From Bigelowiella natans CCMP2755 (Eukaryota > Protista > Cercozoa), in NCBI GenBank assembly GCA_000320545.1, contig ADNK01000559.1, forward strand, positions 1 to 64,000: a stretch of DNA of 64,000 bases. Direction: 5' to 3'. How positions within the stretch are numbered: position 1 is the stretch's first letter; every line of letters begins with the position of its first letter. Below the pieces are notes generated by a model. It did not search any database. It was given only the letters and a program-made list of their open reading frames with translations, and was not told where the DNA came from. This document shows, in pieces, positions 38,396 to 51,423 of this stretch. The position numbers were made by a program, and so were the translations under genes.

Positions 38396-39022
38396 CCCGA
38401 GCAGCAACGATTCAAAGTCTGCTTACCCTTATCAATGCAATACTTCTCCGCTGCGTTGTAGTCCCTGGTTTAGCAGCGTGCGGTTATTCGTTGTTGAGAT
38501 TATGCTAGTCGTCACTAAAGCTCATCAGCACCGCTTGTGATGAGAACTCACTCAATCACACGACAACATACACGCACATACGTGTTGCTGTACACAGACA
38601 CACACACACACACACATATATCACCACCCCCCCCCCACCCCTGTTTTTCTTTAATAATTGCGTCGCTACTACCTGAGCTCGTAGACGTAGGTCTGCAGCA
38701 CCGATCTGATGTATTATGAACGGGGGGGGGAGGGTGGTGAAAGTATGCGGTGGTTGCGGTGGTAGTGATAATGGCATTGGCCAATGATAGATCATAACGA
38801 TGCGCTTATGCACCGGAGCAAAGAGAGGCACATCAGAGATATGTTATACAATTGCAATGTGCACGAAGGATGAAAATACGCATCATCATCATCATGATCA
38901 TCATGATCATCATGATCATCATTACACTACTCCCTACCGATGGAGTCCTAGACGCGAGTACAGAACGATCATTTCGTCGTAGAGAGACGACTGAGAGGAG
39001 GAGGAGGAGGAGGTTGGCAATG

Positions 39023-39057
<35 letters not shown>

Positions 39058-39378
39058 GTAATGATGATGATAAAACAGCAGCGACAATGACGAAAACGAT
39101 TCTTGCAGCATCATCATCATCAGCAGCAGCAGCAGTTGCAGCATCATCTCCCTCCCGCACCTTTGAGATGAGCTCTAGCATGCGCTGCATATCGAAGCTA
39201 GATCCCGTTTGGAGGTACTTGCGCAATTTGACTGGGGTGGGGGGGGAGAGGGTGAATTCGAGATACTAGTTATCGTTGTTAGGAAGAGAGGCGAGTGGTG
39301 AGAAGGAATCAATGTGCTAAAAGCAAAAGCCAAAGAAGAGCTTTCCATCATAATCACGTTGTCGCGATTACTATTATT

Positions 39379-39413
<35 letters not shown>

Positions 39414-39861
39414 CCTACTGTTGCACACATCCATCAGCTCTCCCGCTGCCCTGACTTCTGGAGAGGGAGGACAACTACTACTTACTTCTGGCGTTCTGAA
39501 TGACCATAACAGGCGCTTTTGACTCGACTGTGTGTGAATGAGAAGAAAGCAACACGAAGGAAGAACAACACGGAGGAGAGAGCCACCATGAGAGAGGGAG
39601 GGAGAGAGAAAGAGAAAAGAGAGAGAGAGAAAATATGCATCTATAGAAATCATATAAGCTCTTAACATTGTTAGTGTTAGTGACGCTACTATTTGGGATC
39701 CTTGTTATCATTATTATTGTTATTCTTACTAATTATTATCATTACCAACGGAGAGATAGTGCGAGTGCAGCCGATGTGCGTACATATCATGATATCTAAC
39801 GGACAGCAAATCAGAAAGAGAAGCAGGGAAATTCGATGTGAGAGGAGACATTCGTTTGTTG

Positions 39862-39898
<37 letters not shown>

Positions 39899-40227
39899 TA
39901 CCCGCGCGCGCGCGCAATCGCATAGCATTCTTACCACACGGAAACAAAATGAGAAGGTGCTTGTTTGACAACAATACGCCCCCCCCCCCCTCCCCCCCTT
40001 TTTGCTACAACTACAAACAACGACTACTGCCTTTGATTGTCGGTGTTGCTCGAAATGTGCTCTAGGAAAATCCCGACAAGGTCCACCTATTATTATTTGA
40101 CGATTTGACGACACTTGATGATGATTATGACTGATGATAACGATGATGATGATGATGTACGATTGATGTTGTTGCTGTTGTTGTTGCTCCTTTGATTAAT
40201 TTGCAGGCTGGACGATGATTGCTAGAC

Positions 40228-40264
<37 letters not shown>

Positions 40265-40821
40265 GCTGCTGCTGCTGGTGGTGGTGGTATTGTTACGTCA
40301 GTGCCCTTTGTTGTCTTGAAGTTGCGGAGGAATGCCAGCACCTCATTCGAATCAAGAGGTGGTTTTCTTTCCGTGCTAGTGAAAATGCGCATGCCCTCTC
40401 TAAAGCAGTAGTAGAAGAAGAAGAAGAAAAGGAAGAGGGGGGGGAGGAGTTGGGGGTAGTAGTATGAGACATCTCCAACGATCATTTAAGAGGAGGAGGA
40501 GGAGGAGGAGGAGGAAAATTGTCTTTGGAGGGAGAGAGAATAAAGGAGGCATCATCATCATCATCATCATCATCATCACCATCATCATCAGAATAATAAC
40601 AACATCACCTTGGCTTTGCTTTGAGGATCCAAGAAGCATGCTCCCAGAGCAGATTAGGAGGGTCTTCACGCGCAATAGCACCGACAACAGCGACAACGGC
40701 GTCGAGAGGGGGTAAGAGAGAGAGAGAAAGAGAGAGAGAGAGGGAGAGAGAAGAAGAAGAAGAAAGAAATAGAGTAAACAGGATGATGATGATGATGATG
40801 ATGATGATGCTGTTATATGGG

Positions 40822-40902
<81 letters not shown>

Positions 40903-43900
40903 TACCCAGGTCGCTTGTAACGTTGAGCTTCTCGAGTAGTTCAATCGCCGGCTGGACGCCATCTTCGCCCTGCGTGTTGTTGTGAGATTGATGTTGTTTT
41001 GGAGGTTGCTAATGCCACGTATCTCCTTCTCTGCCCTGCTATTACTACTACTACTACCACTACTGCTAAAACCGCAAAAACTACTGTACTATTATAGTAC
41101 CTCTTCTATGCGTGCGCCTTCATATAAGTCTCTCCACACCTGATGATTCATATCCGAGAGAGAGAATAGTCAGTTGTAGCATGTAGAAGATGAAGAAGAA
41201 GAATAAGAAGAAAAAGACGAGACAGCTCAGTATTATTATCAGTATGAAATTTGTTATTATTATTATTATTATTATCATTATTATTATTACACGGAAGAAC
41301 ACGAGGATCATCCACCAACAACTTAAGAAGAAATATTCACGCTAAGAGCTGCCATTACTCTTCACTACTGTGCTGTTCCAACTTGTCTGTCGTCATTGTT
41401 ATACCTACCTCAAGAGCCACTTTGTACTTCTTCTTACTTTGGTATAAACACGCGTAGTCTAGTTCTTGAGGCTCGTCAACCCCCTGTAGATAATATATAC
41501 ATATAATATATTAATTACATCACGTCTCTATGCGCCCCGCCCCCCCCCCCGGTATCCATGACCTTTTGCAAGTACTCCGCACACTCCTCCAGCGCACATT
41601 CGTTGGAGGGAAGGAGGAGATCGGCAAGGGTCGCAAACGGTAGCTGCCATACATCAGTTTATATGTACGTTAGATGGTTAGTAGACATTTTCCCCCCGAT
41701 AGGGGGGGGGGGGGGGAGGTGGGATGCTCGAATTTCAAGCGAATCGAAGCTAATTAGTCGTTGATGTTAATTTTAACATCTCTAAAGCAGCTCTGCCTTG
41801 AAACAAAACGTTAAAATTTTTCTCTCTCGTCTCTCGTGCATGTGATATCGACGAGTAACAGTGGGGAGGAAGGGGATTCAAGGGGGGGGGAGGGGGGGGG
41901 AGAGGGATTCTGTTGCTGGCTGCGACAGGTACGCAAGAGACCTTGTCCATGATATCCTGAGTAATAGTAGTAGTAGTTGTCATCATCAACGATATTCGAG
42001 CATCACCGGGCGAAGAGCAGAGAAGAAGAAGAAGGAGACAGAGCAACGAATAATGGACAATGCAATTGATCGAGGATGATTGTGAGATTGTTAATAAATC
42101 ACGATGATGATGATGATGATGGTTCACCCTGACAATAACAGGAGATTCGTCTCGGCCCATTGACGATAAATGTATCCCCCCCCCCTCTTTCCTCATGTAT
42201 TTTGAAAACACGATTTTTTAATAGTTTCTACGGCTGGTCATCGTATCATTCCGGCTAATAAATCGCTACGACTACTAACTACAACTATTGTCTAATGTAC
42301 TACAACTATTGTCTAATGCTGCAGTACCTTCTCGTCCTGAGGGGGAGGAGAGCTCTTGTTCTTTAATTTGTGTGTGAATCTGAGCGAGCGCGAGAATATT
42401 TATGAGAGAAAGTAAGAAGGAAATGAAAAACAACGATGATGACGATGACGATGATGATGGGAACAACGATCGAAGGCAGCATGTAGCAATATCACTCCTC
42501 CACAATTACGTTGAATGGGACGTGGAAGACACGCAAAACGGGTGTGTTTTCAAGCATGAAGTACTATTGAATCAAATACCCGACAAATAAGACCAACAAC
42601 GCAGTGTCTATGGCCCTCAGCTTCTCCCTGAAAGGCAAAGTGGAGTCATCACCATCACCATCACCATCATCATCATCATCATCGTCGTCATCATTTTTCC
42701 CATGGCCAACATGATCGGCATGCCTCATTGCGTGCATGTGCTAAAGCAGCTCACGACTTTTCTTCTGAAACGAGAGCTTCTATCTGCTCTTTGATCTACG
42801 GTTAATCGATGATGGAGAATGAAAATTAGTGAGATGGTGATGACAATGGTGGTGATGATGACGACGACCAAAAACGACAGAGCAACCCATCACAACGAGC
42901 ATAGCACCGAACCTTCATAGCAGCCTCCAATTGGTCGCTGTCTTTGAGCTTTGTATATCTTTTAATATCATTTGGCAGTAACATACAGCAACACCGGCAG
43001 AAATGAAACGAGGAGGCGGGGAAGGGGGTGGGGGGGGGGGAGAGAATAGATTAGAGGGGTCGCCAAAGGATGATAATTTCCGCCAAAAACCGTCTCACTA
43101 CATGCTGGAAGTAACCTCTATTATTACTACTAGAAATGACAAAATATCAGTCCTTACTCCTTCTTCAAAGGGGCTGTTGCGAGGCTCAGGTATCTGCCAG
43201 TCCGGTGCTGCCTGTTTGCGTTGGTTTGTGATAGAGTTATGGCGACGACGACGATGACGATGATGATGATCGCTAATAAGGATGATACATCACGCAATAA
43301 TAGCAATGAAAGATAGTCGAGACTACCAGTACCTGTATTGCCAGAAATACCGTGATAGTTGCATTCGTGCCTGAGTATTAATAGTAGTATAAGTCATGCC
43401 TGTAGCAGCAGCAGTAGTGAAGAACACGTTGAGAGATATCGTCTTTGAGAGTGATAAGGAGCATGCATAGCTTCGATGGACTTTATGATGCTGATTTTAA
43501 TGAGCAGACAACACCGATCGGTTTTGTCCCCCCCCCCCCCCCCCTCCCCTCTCGCTCCACTCCCAAAACCGAGCAACCTCCGATAAATCCTCCTTTGGTT
43601 TTTCCCACTTTGCCTGGGGGGGGGGGGAGAAAAAGGAACATTATCATCATCATCATCCATCCCTTTCGTAAGTAGGGAAAGCTTCTCCTACTACTCCTCC
43701 TCCTACTCCTCCTGATGATGATGATAATAATGATGATGCCGAACATGATGGGGATGGTGCTACGTGACCTTTCTTCGGATCTTCTCGCGACAACGTGAGA
43801 TGGTGGAATGACTCATCGAATCTTTATCATTATAATATTACAAGAGCAGCTTTTAATATGGCCCGTAGGCAGCTGCACTGATAAACCATTCCTATTTTTT

Positions 43901-45361
43901 ACTCCCACCATTACTACTACTATTACTACTACTACCACTACAACAACAACAACCTGAGCTTGGAAATCAAAGCCCATCCTGCATTCCAATGAAAATCCCT
44001 CCTCTTCTTCTCACTGGGATTTGACTTCTGAAAGAGCCTCTCCGCCGCGGCCACAAATCCGCTACTGAGCATATCCGAGACCTTGGAGGAGGAGAGGGAG
44101 GAGACGGGGGGGGGGGGGGGGGTGTTATCGATGATCGTATGATCAATCGGTAGAGTGTGTGTATGTGTGTGTATGTGTGTGCATGTGTGTGCACAAATGG
44201 GTAGATGATGGCGGTGGCCATCAAATTGATGGTGATGATGATGATGCCACCTGACGCTCGATAGGGGCGAATTTAAGAACGTGTATCTCGTCACCGCTGC
44301 CGACCTGGACGACGACAGATGGGATGATGATGATGATGATGATGATGAAGAAGAAGAAGAAGAAGAAAAAAAAAAACGCGAGAAGCAGCAGCAAGCGTGG
44401 AAGAAAGCATTTAGCAGAGAAAGAACTTTAACTGCGCTTTTAGTTCGTTTTTCATCTCTCGTTGCGAGTCAGTCCCCCCCCCCTCTCCTCTTCCCCTTCT
44501 CATTCGCATCAGCAGTTGTTGTACTACCACAACTTGGTGTTGGCCGGGGGCTATGAATACGGGGTCTCGCATGCTTTCAAACATCTGAACGTTCTTGTGC
44601 TCAAGTAATGACGTCACTAACACCTGTGCATCAAGGGAGGACGGCGACGATGAAGGACGTTATCTTTCGATCCTTAACATCCTGATAAGCAGCAGCATGC
44701 ACACGGCTGTTCTTCTATGACGCGCTACTACCGTTCCATTGGAGAGAATGCTTATGAGGTAATCGCTAAAGACAAGACGACAGCACAATACAGCAACAAC
44801 AACAGCAAATACGAAGGAGGAGGACGTAAGTGATGATGACGGGTGATTTCGATAGTATCAGCAATTGGTAAAGATAACGATCATGATGGTGATGGATATG
44901 ATGACGATTATGCTGTCAATAAGAGGTGTATTGCAGCGACGACCGATCCAAAAGTAACATTCATCAAGAGAAGCATCAGCATCATCATCATCATCGTCAA
45001 CGCCATTAATTTCATCAATCATGAAGGTTTTCCATACTCGAGATGAGAAAAGATGATCGGTATCTCGGGGAAACTGATGATTCCCTGATTCAAACAAGCA
45101 CCCATCAGAGTAGTGCAGATAAGGGGGGGGGGGGGGGCACTTTTGAAAGAGCATATGTTCATTACTAATAATTTCATCATCTTCTTCTTCTTCACTATCA
45201 GCAGCACCACCATCATCAGAATAAACTCTATACCCTATTCGCCGGATTCCCGTTACTTTTAAGGAAAACCTATGGAAAGATGCAACATTCTCGTGGGAAC
45301 AACGATGAATCAATCTGTGCTAACGATCGCCTGCATTACTCTAGTATTTATAACAACTTAT

Positions 45362-45402
<41 letters not shown>

Positions 45403-45687
45403 AACTACAATTGAATTATCTTGAACCGACCCCAACATTCGATGTAGCAGAAACGAGCATTTCCTTGCCCACCTACGGGAGGAGGGGGGGGTATAGTAGT
45501 GCGTTTATGTTGGGGAAGCCGAAGCAGAAGCAACAGCAAAGGCTCGAGGGGAATGTCTCACAGCTTTGAGCAATGATTCTCGTAAAAATACTTTAGCAAT
45601 AATAATACCGAATGCATGGCCACATTGCCCTCCGTAGGTACTTCTAAATCTGTCATCTGAAGTAGTAGAAGAAGAAGAAGAAGAAGA

Positions 45688-45726
<39 letters not shown>

Positions 45727-45848
45727 CGATCAAGTTTGAAGACACTCTATGATGCCATGAGGGGACAGGGCATATCCATAAGCGCGAATATGTACATGAA
45801 TTTATGCAAACATGTGCGAGAATAGATGCCACCACCAGCAGTACCCAC

Positions 45849-45891
<43 letters not shown>

Positions 45892-46216
45892 GTACTCTCA
45901 CTCTCACCTTTTCCTCCGGAGCATAAAGGATGCTGTAACGTGCTTTGAAGCCTATTATTGCGCATACATGGAGCAGCAGCAGCAGCAGCAGCAGCAAGAG
46001 ATTCTCTCGATAAGAGGGGGAGCAGCGATTACGTATTAAGTGAGATGTCGAGAGTGTGTGCCTGATTTTAACGTTAGCTGTTTCATCATCATCATCATCA
46101 TCATCATCATCGATCGCACCTAGACCGAGATACTCGCTCTTGCCCAACCTGATCATGCAACACCAATTAATGTGTCGCTTCCTAGTTTCTACATCTCTCC
46201 CTCTCCCCCTCTCCAA

Positions 46217-46260
<44 letters not shown>

Positions 46261-46908
46261 AGAACGAACGCTCTTTATGCTGATCGATTAGGTTGACTAG
46301 AGGTATCGTGTTTTTCATGCTGGCTGATTCGTGTTGTGGTGGTGCTGCTGTTTTGACCATTCCATGCACATCACATGCTCAGGAACCCCAAGCTCACGGT
46401 CCTAAAACGAATTGATTGATTGGTGGGTTGATTAGTTTATACTACGATGCGTGTATGCATCTGTGATAAAGCGCAGGGAGTGATTACTTACGGAGGATAT
46501 CGACTGATAAATATAACGTGCAATATTCTGTTTCTGCATGCAATCAGCTCATCGTCATCAACATCGTTTCCATCCCTATCATCCTCATAAACAGTACCCG
46601 AAGGTATGCCCTTTGATCCTCGTCCCACATGGCAATCATTATCTTCTTGGCTAGAGGAGGGGGGGGGATATTGATATCAAGCAACTCGGAAAACCGTTTA
46701 CGATAAAAATATTCAAATTGTTCATATTTGCGGGTGTGTTTGTGTGTATGCAGTGGTTATCTTATGTTCGATTCTGCTAGTCTGAAGACAGTTTATGTCA
46801 CTCTGTGCAAAGGTAATAATCATATAACTTCTACGTCGCCAAACAATACACCCTTCCCTCCTCCTCCTCCTCTCTCTCTCTCTCCCTCTCTCTCTCTCTC
46901 TCCCTCTC

Positions 46909-46963
<55 letters not shown>

Positions 46964-47222
46964 CATATCCCTGCTACCGTACTCACCTCGCTTGACAGCC
47001 AAACAAATGTCCCATGGCTTGGATCTCATCACGCAAAACATACTTATCTGTTCCAGAAGCAGGGAGGAGGGTGGCAGCAAATATATAAGAACATCTTTAT
47101 TCTCGTGGTAAATTCATAGATGCAGCTCTTTATAATATATACTGACAGGAGATATTGCCATCACGCGAACTCACCTTCGAGGTTTGGTTCCAACCGGCTA
47201 AGGAGTCGCGGATGCCTTTGTT

Positions 47223-47263
<41 letters not shown>

Positions 47264-47283
47264 AGACAGACAGACAGACAGAC

Positions 47284-47326
<43 letters not shown>

Positions 47327-48007
47327 TATTACTCCACAGCAAGGTGGGAAAATAAAAAGTCGTATAATCGGATTCTCTCCGGATGTGTGCACGCACAAAT
47401 TGCCGGTGACAAATGGGAAGGGAGGGGGAGTACAGCAAAGCAACACACTGCCCATTCTCTTTTTTCTGATCGTTATCAACACAACCAGGGTCTTTGCATG
47501 AGCTAATCTTCCTCAAGGTTCCGGGATTGTGATATCTGTTTGTGGGGAGAGGAGGGGAGGGGGGGGAGGTTAAAATAAACAAATAATAAATCGAGGCGGG
47601 TATATGTATGGATTATGAAAGTTGTGGTGGTGATGACGAAGACAATTGAAACAATGGTGTAAGTAAGTCATTCAGTGACTATAAGCTTGTTGTCTTTCTT
47701 ACGTTAGTTTCCCATCACACAATGCAACCAGTATTTTCAGGTCGTCAATCATCTAATAAAGAGACAAAGCGTGAAAAAAAGGGATAATCATCTCATCATC
47801 CTTATCATTATCATCATTTATTCAGAATAGTTTCTTCTTCTCCTCCTCCTCCTCCTCCTCCTTCTCCTCTTTTCTACTCCGTCATCATCCTCCACACACC
47901 TGTAGCTGTTCCACCGCCTTTGCACCTTTAGGTATATGATATTGTCAATTTGAAGGAAGCGTGAAGGAGGAGCCACGATTCCCTCGTAAGTAACTTCCCC
48001 CCCACCC

Positions 48008-48052
<45 letters not shown>

Positions 48053-48468
48053 TCTCTCTTCATGAGCTACCTATACGCGTTTTGATCGGAAAAGCTCCAT
48101 GTTGATCTACAAGAACCACATATCCTGCAAATTGATTGGACGGAAGTATCATGAACGATAGATCGAAAGAAGAATAGTAGGGAGATAATGTTTATGATTA
48201 TTTAGTGCTACCATTGGCGGTTCCTATGAAGGTTTTGTCATCTCCCTGCGTTAACACATACAAGTTTCGATAAGCGTCGCAAATTTTTTGAGTGGCAGTT
48301 GGAGAACTATTTTGGACAACAACTTTGGCAAATTCTCTTACAGTTGCTATTTTTTGTTGTGTGTGCTGGTGCGGACAACCATCGCGGCGAGTGCTGTGAT
48401 CTTGTTGCTGTTAATCTTTTTCAGACTCTCGGGGGTAACGAGAGTCTTTTTCTCAAACACGCTCACCT
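36191..48468 (-). CDS. Vps39/Vam6/TGFBRAP1 family HOPS/CORVET subunit (many micro-exons; may extend 5' to ~49470)
   Basis: CNH-like start VSVFEKKTLV...KITALAAM|GDDKTFIGTANG|YVVLVD. Later exons LLWEHASWIL, IFTSTERKPPLDSNEVLAFL, LRKYLQTGSSFD, IVLYSRLG, LDPVETLKLLPDDMPLDEITP|YLETVMR...QIVSKLVRAERFQ, and C-terminal zinc finger CAVCRKKIGDSYF...IVHK|GC. Confidence 0.88.
36465..48060. repeat. Microsatellite-dense introns of the Vps39-like gene
   Basis: Dozens of di- and trinucleotide runs, often compound (e.g. (TA)n-(TC)n-(TG)n at ~37195-37292; (CA)n-(CAGA)n-(GA)n at ~47226-47323). Confidence 0.95.
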
Positions 48469-49632
48469 GATGACAAGGACAGCACTTAGTGGATGGTTGC
48501 GGCTGAATGTCGCTCATAGAGATTAGATCCCCGTTAGCTCACTACGTGTAGGGTGCGTTGTATATGATGGGATGAAACCTTAAACTTTATCGAAGGCGAG
48601 TCGCTGCGTTTTTGGTCATTTCCTGCGATAGACCGACTAATCGACCTGCATAAATAAGAACGTCATAGTGAGAAATGGTTTGTCCGAATGATATAAATGA
48701 TGATTTCATTGCTGATGAGTGGGGTTCGGTGATCAGCGACTGGATTTTTCTCGTCAAAGATACAGAAGTGTATCTCAAGGAGTTTACTCATTTTGTCATA
48801 CATCATCTCAAGAATCATCCGAGCGAGATCGTTAATTAATATTGCCCATGAGATCTCGACGGATTTTGAATTCTTCCCTTCTCTGGGGAGCATTGTTTGC
48901 GAAAACGATATTAAGTGTGCGCGTATAGTATGGATACACACAACCGTCGACATGCATCAACGATTTTTTGCATAAACACCTGCTCAGAAACCTCGAGCCA
49001 GATCTCATCGTCGTGATTCTAGCTCACACTTATCTGCGTAACGATTCCAAAGGTGATGAGATTTCTTCTCTCTGAGGCTTTCCCTTCAAGCAGGAGGATC
49101 GGTTCAGTAGGGTACTCAGCTCAATCTAACTCGCTTCCCCTTTGTTGCATACAATTATCTGTGCGATGGCGCCCACGAGGAGCAGGGAAGGCTCGTAAGG
49201 TAAGATTCACCTGCCAACGAAATGTCAGCAGTACAAAGCTAAATTTGTAGAGAAATATTGGCAAAATAGCATTAAATTAAATACTACGACTAGTACTTGA
49301 ACCGATAAAAAACAAATAATAACATCCTATATGGTCCCATGAGCTAAGGACGAAAGCTGGATGTTTTCGTCATTATTTATTGGTAATTTCCAGCTGAAAT
49401 TGGGTGATATTGTTAGATCCTTGCCTTGTCTCATGCCTTCCGTCTGAGACGCACGGTAATCTTTCTATCTCTGCAAATATCGGTAAGAAGACCAATAAAT
49501 ATTAGCCAATTGACCCACCTTGATTGTTAATCATTACATGATATTTGTAGAGTACGACAAGTGATTTAGAGGGAAATATAAACTTTAATTGGTCCTAATT
49601 TATCTCACTTTTCCTCTTGACAAGCAGCTGAA

Positions 49633-50061
49633 ATGGCGTCAAGTGCGAAGAGAACCCCTACGGACTTCCTGAAGACCGTCCTCGGACGGCCTGTATGCGT
49701 CAAGTTGAACTCAGGATCAGAATTTAGAGGTATCACATCCAAAGAAAGGGAACTGGTTTGAGATTTTCTCTTGACATGGAACGGGCGTGCACAATCAAAT
49801 TAAACAAATTCTGAGAAAAGCTTCGGTCTAGGTATCCTTGCGTGCCTGGACGGATTCATGAATATCGCAATGGAACAGACGGAGGAATATGTAGATGGAC
49901 AACTCAAAACAAAATACGGAGATGCCTTCATTCGTGGAAACACAGGTATGCAAAATGATGCAGCAGCATCCTTAACTCATCTTGCTCACTTTGTACTTTT
50001 TTCAGTGCTCTACATTAGTACCCAGAAACGAAGACAAAAGACAAGGAAAAAGAAAAACTAA
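49633..50061 (+). CDS. LSM6: U6 snRNA-associated Sm-like protein LSm6 (3 exons)
   Basis: MASSAKRTPTDFLKTVLGRPVCVKLNSGSEFRG|ILACLDGFMNIAMEQTEEYVDGQLKTKYGDAFIRGNT|VLYISTQKRR..* closely matches the LSm6 consensus. Confidence 0.95.
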
Positions 50062-51423
50062 ACTACGTATACTGACTATTTCAAAGGAAAATCCTTCATG
50101 CTGCAGTCCCGCGAGTGAATTCTAACTAGATTTGCGAAGAATGCAGATGTATTGTTTTCTGAATGAACAAAGTCCAATGCTCTTCACCATCCTAGGATGG
50201 GGTTTCGTTTTGATAATATTTATTTATCGTTGGCACTATATCCGTCGGTCCACGCATTATAATGATTGCATTTGTCTCTGTGTAGCGCAGACTTTCTGTC
50301 ATCTATGAACATTGCAAATGCTCTGACAGAAAGCATTGGGAGAAATAGATGTATCTGGATATATTGCATATGCACATTGTAAACTCGTATAGAGATATGT
50401 AACTTGCAATAAATGCACATCCGTCTCCATATACAAAATGGAGAGGGGGGGGGGGGGTGGAGCGTAGCGGAGGCGGCTCTACCTAGCTACGTACAGTCTA
50501 GAGCTACGCACTATAGCATGCCTATGATGCCTCCTTGCATGTGTTGTGTACGCTGTACATGCGCATTGCAGAGCGACCATGCTGTGATGTCAAGAGCACA
50601 TGTATGCAATGTACATACATTGTGCTATTCGACATCTATGGTAGCGCACATTTATCTATACATAGCGATGCTATGCTAGCAGCTAGCATGCGTATGTGTG
50701 GATAATATGCATGCATGCTAGAATGTGTTGTGTCCATTATCGACGCGCATTGTATGTTGATGAGGATGGTAGCTACGTACCACCATGCAACGTCATCGCA
50801 AAATCGACGCGCAGCTACATAGAGCCACGTGCTCGCGCTAGCAGGCTGCTCTGTAATCGCTAGCCTGATCGACAAATGCCGACAGCGGCATGCTGCAAGC
50901 TATACGCGCGTACACGCACTAGCTGCTAGACTGTTCGTTGGATGATGTGGCTTATGGGTGCGTGGTAGCTAGTAGTCGATCTGTATGCAAGCGACATAGC
51001 AACATCTACGTACTTGATCGCGATTGTGCATGCTACATGAATCTTTCTCTTAGTTGCTTGTACAACGATGACAGTAGTTAGAGCATGACAGTCGCCTTGT
51101 CATACATTCCACATCTAGTGCGCAGGGCACATATACTAGTATAGTATAATAGTAGCTACGTCTGGACGTGGCGCGTCCAGCAGCCATAAAGATGTCGGAA
51201 GCTAGCATAAAGTCGCATCGAAAGCAACAATAAATGGCAAAATGATTTTGTTTCAGGATTACACCGGCGAAGCATGGAGACCTTCAGTTGTTACAAATTA
51301 TAAGCTTGTTATTGTTATAGAATGTACATACATTATATTAAGCAAGTTTCTTGCCTTAGTCATTCGATTACTAAATTTTTATTTATAGACACACATACGT
51401 AGATAGAACTGTCATCATATAGA

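Noticed and set aside
42278-42318. 21-bp tandem duplication (also a 13-bp one at ~17414-17439)
   Set aside because: Ordinary local slippage with only two copies.
48247-48262. Apparent 16-nt intron (gtatgtgttaacgcag) suggesting nucleomorph-type tiny introns
   Set aside because: The same acceptor joins in frame to the donor after KITALAAM (~48381), giving a normal-sized intron.
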